Origin: Candidatus Spongiisociaceae bacterium
Lineage (GTDB): Bacteria > Actinomycetota > Acidimicrobiia > Spongiisociales > Spongiisociaceae
Assembly: GCA_965219685.1 (NCBI GenBank)
Contig: CBDCOH010000002.1
Coordinates: 2,176,001 to 2,240,000 of the forward strand
Direction of reading: 5' to 3'
Length of the DNA stretch: 64,000 nt
In this document: piece by piece, positions 57,776 to 64,000 of the stretch
How positions within the stretch are numbered: the first letter of the stretch is position 1
Layout: every line of letters begins with the position of its first letter
The notes under the pieces: model-generated
The model's database searches: none
What the model was told of the DNA's origin: nothing
What the model saw: the letters and a program-made list of their open reading frames with translations, nothing else
Position numbers and translations under genes: made by a program

Positions 57776-59596
57776 CTACCCCCAGCCCCGGGCGTTGAGC
57801 AGCTTCTTCAGATTGCGCTTGCGCGAGTGCTCGGTCCGTACCCGCTCGAGCAGGTCAGTGAAGCGGTGCGGCTCATCCACGGCATCGCCGAGGCGGCGGA
57901 TTCGATCCATCAGATCGACCGCAGTCCGGTAGGCGGACGTCTTCGTCAGGTTGATCAGTGCCAACACTTCCCGCTCATAGACAGCAATCGCGTCGAAAGG
58001 GTGGGAGTGCTCCCGCGCCCGGGCGAGGGTCAGCCACATCTGTCGGTCGCATCCGAAATCGTTAGCCGTGGTCCAGGCCTCTTCGATGTGACCTTCGTAC
58101 AAGAGGATTTCCAGCAGCGGCCCCGCAAGCCTGGAGGCGACCCCGCCCTCCGCCCTGTCCTTACCTACCTCCTGAGCGGCGAGACGGGTACGAAGGAACT
58201 CCACACTGCGCTGCGACCAACCGCCGCCAACCCCCGGCTGCTCGCCAGCCTGTTCGAGCAGGCGCCTGTAGTTCGGCAGGGACGGATACGCGGCGAAGGC
58301 GTCCCAATACAGTTCCACCGCTCCGCTCGAGTCACCGCTACCCCGGAGCATGGCCGCTAGGTAGTCGCGCAGTCGATCGCTGTGTCCAAACCGACCCGGA
58401 TGGTCGCGGAGGCCTCGCCTTGCCCACTCGATCGCCTCGCTCTCGCGACCGGCGGCGCTCAGCGCCCAGGAGATCTCCAGCACCGCGCCGACGCCGTACC
58501 GCCCACGGCTGTGCACTGCGATGAGCTCGTCCGGGTCGCCGGTGGCGAGAGCCCATCCCACCATCGCCTCTTGGACGGCGTAAGCCTCGCTCGAGTGGGG
58601 ACGACGGTCCTCGTTGACATTCCTCCAGCGTGTTTCGAGTTCCTCGCGATAGACCGCAAGTCCGACCTCGCCCAGAAGCTCCACGTAGGCGACGGCCAAG
58701 CGATAGAAGGACTCCAGGTCCGGATCCAGGTCGACTTCCATTGCCACCAAGCGTCCGGCGAGTTCCTCAGGATCGGGACGACCCTGCACGGAAGCCTGGT
58801 AGTGGAGGTCGAGCAGCCGCGACGCGATCGATGGCAGCCAACCGCCCTCGTAGTCGACGTATGACATGGCCTGATCGGCGCGGCGGCATGCATGTTCCAC
58901 CAAGAGAGCCACGTCGTCGGGGAAGCCGAGCTCGCACAGCTCCTCGAGGGCGTCGATCACCTCGTAGATTTCGGAGGTCCATGCCCTTCCCTCTTCATAG
59001 GTGACATAGCCGCCTGCTGTGCCGAACACTCCATCGATTCGCTTTCTCCAGTCGCCCGAGTCGGGCGCGACACCACGGCCGGCTCGGGACGTCGCCAATA
59101 GGCTCTCCCTCAGACGCCAGTCCGACTCGGCCTGATCCAGGACGATCTCGACCAACCGATCTCTCGGAAGTCGCCCCACGAACTCGGCCACTTCCGCGTC
59201 CGGGTCCCGCGCATACGGCTGGTTCGACCCAGCGGCGCGCACACCTGTCACCAACAGTGGCTTCGGGTTCAGCAAGAGCGCCACAGCCACGCAGTGCTTG
59301 CAGAACGATCCGTCCTCGGCGGCCGGGCACGTACAGGACCACCCCGGCCTATCCCCATCCACCCACAGCTCGACGGTATAGGGAATGGTGCCCCGCACCG
59401 TTGCTTGAAGACCCGATCCGAGCGCGGTCGGCGGCTCGGCCCTTCCGTCACGGTGATACCAGATGCCCCGCTCGAAGGAACGCCCTCCGGCCAGATCCGC
59501 GATCGCGGACGCCGTGAACACTTGCTCCAACGGACCCGCGGTCACACGAGCACCCTTCGCCAAGGGTGTTGACGCTCTGCCATCAATGGCATACAA
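57776..59596 (-). CDS. SWIM zinc-finger protein with helical-repeat C-terminus
   Basis: SFERG..Y, VRGTIPYTV, CTCP...FCKHCVA; ends HSRKRNLKKLL. The start may be GTG 59545. Confidence 0.85.
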   Translation of the reverse strand: MYAIDGRASTPLAKGARVTAGPLEQVFTASAIADLAGGRSFERGIWYHRDGRAEPPTALGSGLQATVRGTIPYTVELWVDGDRPGWSCTCPAAEDGSFCKHCVAVALLLNPKPLLVTGVRAAGSNQPYARDPDAEVAEFVGRLPRDRLVEIVLDQAESDWRLRESLLATSRAGRGVAPDSGDWRKRIDGVFGTAGGYVTYEEGRAWTSEIYEVIDALEELCELGFPDDVALLVEHACRRADQAMSYVDYEGGWLPSIASRLLDLHYQASVQGRPDPEELAGRLVAMEVDLDPDLESFYRLAVAYVELLGEVGLAVYREELETRWRNVNEDRRPHSSEAYAVQEAMVGWALATGDPDELIAVHSRGRYGVGAVLEISWALSAAGRESEAIEWARRGLRDHPGRFGHSDRLRDYLAAMLRGSGDSSGAVELYWDAFAAYPSLPNYRRLLEQAGEQPGVGGGWSQRSVEFLRTRLAAQEVGKDRAEGGVASRLAGPLLEILLYEGHIEEAWTTANDFGCDRQMWLTLARAREHSHPFDAIAVYEREVLALINLTKTSAYRTAVDLMDRIRRLGDAVDEPHRFTDLLERVRTEHSRKRNLKKLLNARGWG

Positions 59597-59830
59597 ACAT
59601 GTTCAGGGTAGTTCGCCACTAGATGAAGGTAGACCACCGGTAGGTGACATCCCGGGGTCTCACGGCTGCAAGGTACCTGTGACCCACGACGCTGAACGGA
59701 CGATCATGGGCTTGGTGACGGGTCGGCATTCCCGTCGGGATGACGACGGTGATAACGACTGTCATGGTCTTCCTGGACGGCCCGGGCTACCCCTCCGCGA
59801 AGAGCCACCCGCGGCGTAAAACACGGGGAC

Positions 59831-59865
59831 CAACTGGCAACTGGCAACTGGCAACTGGCAACTAA
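59831..59865 (-). repeat. Heptamer tandem array (CAACTGG x4 + CAACTAA)
   Basis: On the coding (minus) strand it reads TTAGTTG CCAGTTG x4; the first unit contains the SDR TAG stop. Confidence 0.92.
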
Positions 59866-60614
59866 TGAAATCCAGAGCCTCCGTTGACCCAGATGTTCTG
59901 GCCGGTAACGAAATCCGACCATGGGCTGACCAGATACAGGAGGGTGCCGACCATGTCGTCGGGGACCTGGGTGCGTTTGAAGGCCCGCCGGGCGGTTATC
60001 AGGCCGTCGACGTGCGGTTGCTTGGCGGCGTACTCCGCGTCGTGGGGGATGTAGTCGGGTGTCAGAGTGTTGACCGAGATACCGTCGTCTCCCAACTCGC
60101 GCGCCAACGAACGCGTGAGTCCCCAGATGGCCGCCTTCGAGGCCACGTAGTGGAGGAACCCCGGAGTGCCGTCGTTGACGGTCATCGAGGCGATGTTGAC
60201 GATCTTGCCGCTCTTCTGGGCCCGCATGGTCGGCGCCACGGCCCGGGCGCACAGCCAGGAGCCCTTGACGTTGACGTCAAAACACATGTCCCACTCGTCG
60301 GGAGAGATCTCCTCCATCGGACCCTGGGTGAGCGACAGGTAGAAGGCTGCGTTGTTGACCAGCGCGTCGATCCGACCGAAAGCGTCGACGGTGGCAGCCG
60401 CCATCGCTTCGGTGGAGGCGACATCGCTGACATCCGCCCGCACCGAGATGGCCTTGGCGCCCAACTCCTCGGCCTCCGCCACGATCTCGGAACCGTCGAC
60501 GAGGTCGGCAACGACGAGATAGGCGCCCTCCGCGGCCAGCCCCCGGCTGTAGGCGCTCCCTATTCCACCGGCCCCGCCGGTCACTATCACCACCTGGCCG
60601 TCGAGCATGCCCAT
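59862..60614 (-). CDS. Short-chain dehydrogenase/reductase
   Basis: TGGAGGIG, NNAA, HYVASK, FVTGQNIWVNGG. Confidence 0.93.
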   Translation of the reverse strand: MGMLDGQVVIVTGGAGGIGSAYSRGLAAEGAYLVVADLVDGSEIVAEAEELGAKAISVRADVSDVASTEAMAAATVDAFGRIDALVNNAAFYLSLTQGPMEEISPDEWDMCFDVNVKGSWLCARAVAPTMRAQKSGKIVNIASMTVNDGTPGFLHYVASKAAIWGLTRSLARELGDDGISVNTLTPDYIPHDAEYAAKQPHVDGLITARRAFKRTQVPDDMVGTLLYLVSPWSDFVTGQNIWVNGGSGFH

Positions 60615-60677
60615 GAGCACTCCATCCTTTCGCTTCGGTCGGCCCGGCGCCGCGCCGGCGTCCCTCTCCCGTTTCCG

Positions 60678-61736
60678 CTAGTCCGTCACGAAGTCGGCTG
60701 CCAACTCGAACAGCCAGGAGCGGTAGGCGAGGGTGACGTCGTCGGCCACCTTTATGTACATCTCGGCGCTCAGCAGGTCCGGGAGGTGTTCGGGCCACTG
60801 GGACTCGACCACGGGTTGGTCCTGATCAAGCACCATCAGTTCGAAGTCGATCAGGAAGGCCAGGTCCTCGTCGGTCTGCGCGAAATCCGACCCGATGTGC
60901 CAGAAGTTCCGGCAGGTTGCCGGGCCGGTCGGTGCGGAGACCATGTAGAGCCCGTAGCGCTTGCCGTTGGGGAAGATCCGCAGGAGGTAGATCGTGCCCG
61001 GCAGGGTCAGGTAGTAGCGGTTGAGGACCGTGACGATGTCGTCGGAGATTCCGAGGATCCCCTTCATAGTGTCGTCGTTGGGTTCCACGACGTAGCGGTC
61101 GAACCGGAGCATCTGCCCCTCCCGCCAGACCTCGTGGTCCTCCACCTCCGCCTTGTCGCGAGTGCCAAGGATGTTCTCATGCACGAACGGGAAGTGCGAG
61201 AAGTCGACGAAGTTCTCCAGCCGGCGCGGAGCGCTGGTCCTCCAGTCGTAGAAGGGCGGTGACTGCCAGTGCATGTTCGGATCGTCCCACTCGGCCAGTC
61301 CCGGCGGGTCGCCCCAGGGTTCGTCGACCAGCGACACCCATATCATCCCGGCGCGCTCCCGGCACTCGTAGCGGACCAGGTTGACCTTGAGGATCCCGTT
61401 GAGGTCGGGGCGGGAGGGGATGTTGACCAGGTTGCCCTCCATGTCGTAGGTCCAGCCGTGATACGGGCAGTTGATGCACCCGTTCTCGATCCACCCGAGC
61501 GACGGCGCCGCTCCCTTGTGGCGGCAGACGTCCATGAACGCCCGGGCAATCCCGTCGTGGCGGACGATGAGTATCCGCTCGCCGAGCAGTTGCCCCTGCA
61601 TCATCTCGTCCTCGCCGACATCGCTGCTGTAGGCGACCGGATGCCAGAAGTGCCGCATCGCCCGGTACCACTTGGAGGCACGTTCCGGAACGAAAGGGTC
61701 GGCCAGGTCCTGCATGGTGGGTTTGGCCACGGTCAC
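60678..61736 (-). CDS. Rieske oxygenase alpha subunit, VanA/NdmA-like (paralog 4)
   Basis: CRHKG...CPYHGW; RRLENFVDFSHFPFVH; DQDQPVVESQWP; YRSWL. Confidence 0.93.
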   Translation of the reverse strand: MTVAKPTMQDLADPFVPERASKWYRAMRHFWHPVAYSSDVGEDEMMQGQLLGERILIVRHDGIARAFMDVCRHKGAAPSLGWIENGCINCPYHGWTYDMEGNLVNIPSRPDLNGILKVNLVRYECRERAGMIWVSLVDEPWGDPPGLAEWDDPNMHWQSPPFYDWRTSAPRRLENFVDFSHFPFVHENILGTRDKAEVEDHEVWREGQMLRFDRYVVEPNDDTMKGILGISDDIVTVLNRYYLTLPGTIYLLRIFPNGKRYGLYMVSAPTGPATCRNFWHIGSDFAQTDEDLAFLIDFELMVLDQDQPVVESQWPEHLPDLLSAEMYIKVADDVTLAYRSWLFELAADFVTD

Positions 61737-61766
61737 CTCCCTCCCTGCTGACTCGCGAGGAACGGC

Positions 61767-62516
61767 TCAGACAAAGTATGCACCCCCGTTGACCAGCAGG
61801 CTCTGGCCGGTGACGAAGTCTGAGGCCGCAGAGCTGAGATAGATGATGGTGCCGACCATGTCGTCGGCCACCTGGGTGCGCTTCAGCGCCCGCCCCGCGA
61901 CCACGAACGGGTCGCTGGTGGCGTCGGTGGGGCGCAGGTCGGGGTTGGGGATCAGGTCCGGCGACACCGTGTTGACCGTAATGCCCTCCGGACCGAGTTC
62001 GGTGGCCAGGCACCGGGTCAGGCCCAGCAGGGCCGACTTGCTGGCCACGTAGTGGGGGAAGCCCACCGTTCCCTTGAAGCAGGTGTTGGATGCGATGTTG
62101 ATGATCTTGCCGGAGCCCTGGGCCGCCATGTGCGGGTACACCGCCTTGATGCACAGCCACACGCCGCGGACGTTTACCTCGAAGGTCCGGTCCCACTCCG
62201 CGATGGACACATCGGTGAAGGGGCCCCGTGTGGTCTCGGAGAACATCGCCGCGTTGTTGATCAGGACATCGATGCGCCCGAAGCCGTCCATGGCCGCCTC
62301 CGCCATCGCCACCGTGGACGCCTCGTCGCTCACATCGGTGGTGACCGAGAGGGCCTCGCCACCGGACCCGGCCAGTTCCTCCACGACGTGCGAGCCGTCC
62401 AGCAGATCGGCGATGACCACGGCAGCCCCTTCTGCGGAGACTCCATGCGCATAGGAACGGCCGATCCCGCGAGCCCCGCCGGTGATGACCACCACCTTGC
62501 CGTCTAGCACACCCAT
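61767..62516 (-). CDS. Short-chain dehydrogenase/reductase
   Basis: TGGARGIG, NNAA, HYVASK; paralog of 59862..60614. Confidence 0.93.
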   Translation of the reverse strand: MGVLDGKVVVITGGARGIGRSYAHGVSAEGAAVVIADLLDGSHVVEELAGSGGEALSVTTDVSDEASTVAMAEAAMDGFGRIDVLINNAAMFSETTRGPFTDVSIAEWDRTFEVNVRGVWLCIKAVYPHMAAQGSGKIINIASNTCFKGTVGFPHYVASKSALLGLTRCLATELGPEGITVNTVSPDLIPNPDLRPTDATSDPFVVAGRALKRTQVADDMVGTIIYLSSAASDFVTGQSLLVNGGAYFV

Positions 62517-62563
62517 GGCAAACCTCCCCGCTGTCGGCCGGTACGCGACAGATTAGCCGCCGG

Positions 62564-62582
62564 ATATTGCTGGTGCCAATAA
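62564..62582. promoter_or_regulatory. ATAT-N11-ATAA candidate operator in a divergent promoter
   Basis: ATAT TGCTGGTGCCA ATAA between the SDR and amidohydrolase starts. Confidence 0.5.
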
Positions 62583-62649
62583 TCCCGCACGTTATTCTCG
62601 CCGGATCGCCCACACCCACGGCGACATAGATATGATCAATGATCACCAG

Positions 62650-64000
62650 ATGAGCGATAAACCCCCCGCTTCCGAGGCTCCACTGGAGAGCGAGACCCGC
62701 CCCGGATCCGTAGCTGCATGCGACCTACTCGTCGAAGGGGGCATCCTGGTGACCCTGGACGAGGAACGCCGGGTCATCGAAGACGGCGCCGTAGCGATCG
62801 TGGGTGATCGCATCGTCGCGGTCGGCGAGCGAGCCGACTTCGATCACCTCCGTGCGAACTCGCGCCGCATCGTCGACTGCTCGGGGAAGTTGGTCATCCC
62901 GGGGCTGACCGACGGACACACCCACCTCTTCCAGTGCCTGGGACGGGGCCTCGGTGACGGGATGAGCCTCGTTCCCTGGCTGCGCCACTTCATGCTCCCC
63001 TACTCGCTCAACATGGACCGCCGGATCGCCGTCGCGGCCGTCCAACTAGGCGCCCTGCAGGCCGCCCTCTCGGGAACCACCATGGTGGTTGACAACCACT
63101 ACGCACCGACCGACACCGAGACGACCCTCGCCGTCGCTGCCGCGGTGGAGGAGGTAGGCATCAGGGGCGCAATCGCCCGCGGGATCTTCGGTGAGATGAA
63201 CCCCGGAGCAGAACTCATGGGGGTGCCGACCGACTTCTTCCGGTGGACCGACGCCGAGGAACTCTCCATCACCGAGGAGTGCATGGCCGAGCGGCCGGCC
63301 GGCTCGCTGGTCGAGGTGTGGCCCTGCCCCGAGAACATCGTCTACGTCACACCCGACATCATCGAGGGCTCGGCCCATCTCGCCGAGGCAGGAGGGGTCC
63401 GGTGGCACATGCACTGCTCCGAGGCTCACGACGAGATCGGCTTCTTCGAAGCGGTGCATGCGGACCGTCCGGTCGCCTGGCTCGAGAAACGGGGGGTGCT
63501 GACCCATCGGACGACGCTCGCCCACGCCATATGGCTGGATCCCGACGAGGTCTCCGCCATGGGCGGGGCCGGCGCCACGGCGGTGCACAACCCGATCTCC
63601 AACCAGTACCTCGCGTCCGGCGTCCTGCATCTGGAACCCTTGCTGTCGGCGGGGGCCAACGTGGCTCTCGGGAGCGACGGTGTCGCGGTGGCCGGACAGG
63701 ACATGTTCGAGGCGATGAAGGCCGGTGCACTCATGCACCGTGTGGCACATCTGGACTCCACCACGACCACCGTCGAGCAGTTCCTCGAGTTGGCTGCCCT
63801 GGGTGGGGCGACCATGACCGGCGTGAGCGGTGGTGTGATCGAGGCGGGCCGGGCAGCCGATCTGGTCATACTGGATGTGGACAAGGTCCGTCACACCCCA
63901 TGGAACAGGCCGGTGGCTTCGATGGTGCACTCGGGCCGCTCGGGCGACGTGGAGATGGTCGTCGTCGCCGGAGAGATCATCGTCGAGGATGGCCGCTCCA
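62650..64000 (+). CDS. Amidohydrolase, deaminase-type (runs off right edge)
   Basis: Not in the ORF track because it is truncated. Manual frame: CDLLVEGGILVTLD...PGLTDGHTHLFQ...WHMHCSE...AHAIW...HNPISN...LGSDG; paralog of 56251..57654. Alternative start 62632. Confidence 0.9.
   Translation, partial: MSDKPPASEAPLESETRPGSVAACDLLVEGGILVTLDEERRVIEDGAVAIVGDRIVAVGERADFDHLRANSRRIVDCSGKLVIPGLTDGHTHLFQCLGRGLGDGMSLVPWLRHFMLPYSLNMDRRIAVAAVQLGALQAALSGTTMVVDNHYAPTDTETTLAVAAAVEEVGIRGAIARGIFGEMNPGAELMGVPTDFFRWTDAEELSITEECMAERPAGSLVEVWPCPENIVYVTPDIIEGSAHLAEAGGVRWHMHCSEAHDEIGFFEAVHADRPVAWLEKRGVLTHRTTLAHAIWLDPDEVSAMGGAGATAVHNPISNQYLASGVLHLEPLLSAGANVALGSDGVAVAGQDMFEAMKAGALMHRVAHLDSTTTTVEQFLELAALGGATMTGVSGGVIEAGRAADLVILDVDKVRHTPWNRPVASMVHSGRSGDVEMVVVAGEIIVEDGRS

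Noticed and set aside
59831-59865. CRISPR array or DGR repeat
   Set aside because: The units are 7 bp with no spacers; no cas genes, reverse transcriptase or TR/VR pair was seen in the window.

Overview
High-GC bacterial DNA, most consistent with an actinobacterium. Thr/Ala/Pro-rich lipoprotein linkers, an MDMPI/DinB protein and a 3Fe-4S-type ferredoxin suggest Acidimicrobiia, but this is inference only. Almost the whole window is a catabolic island for nitrogen heterocycles. It holds four NdmA/NdmB/VanA-like Rieske oxygenases, three xanthine-dehydrogenase-family molybdoenzyme trios plus CoxD/CoxE-like maturation genes, four BMP-family binding lipoproteins with two complete nucleoside-type ABC transporters, two deaminase-type amidohydrolases, a cyclic amidohydrolase, a C-N hydrolase, a UbiD decarboxylase, an omega-transaminase, an ALDH, three SDRs and an IclR regulator. 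Defence-like or accessory genes sit at the junctions: a Schlafen/AlbA_2 protein, a SNF2 helicase, phd-vapC, a relE relic, PaREP1, AAA_14-DUF4143 and a SWIM protein. One initiator tRNA-Met is present. The most notable observations are: (i) a cyclodipeptide-oxidase-like AlbA/AlbB (nitroreductase + DUF6092) pair with no cyclodipeptide synthase, inside a peptidase/ABC-uptake operon and apparently lacking the flavinylated Cys; (ii) the expanded set of candidate N-demethylases; (iii) several duplicated gene-tail relics marking past integrations; (iv) two candidate operator families; and (v) heptamer repeat arrays that begin at stop codons. All family assignments come from motif recognition by eye; no searches were run.
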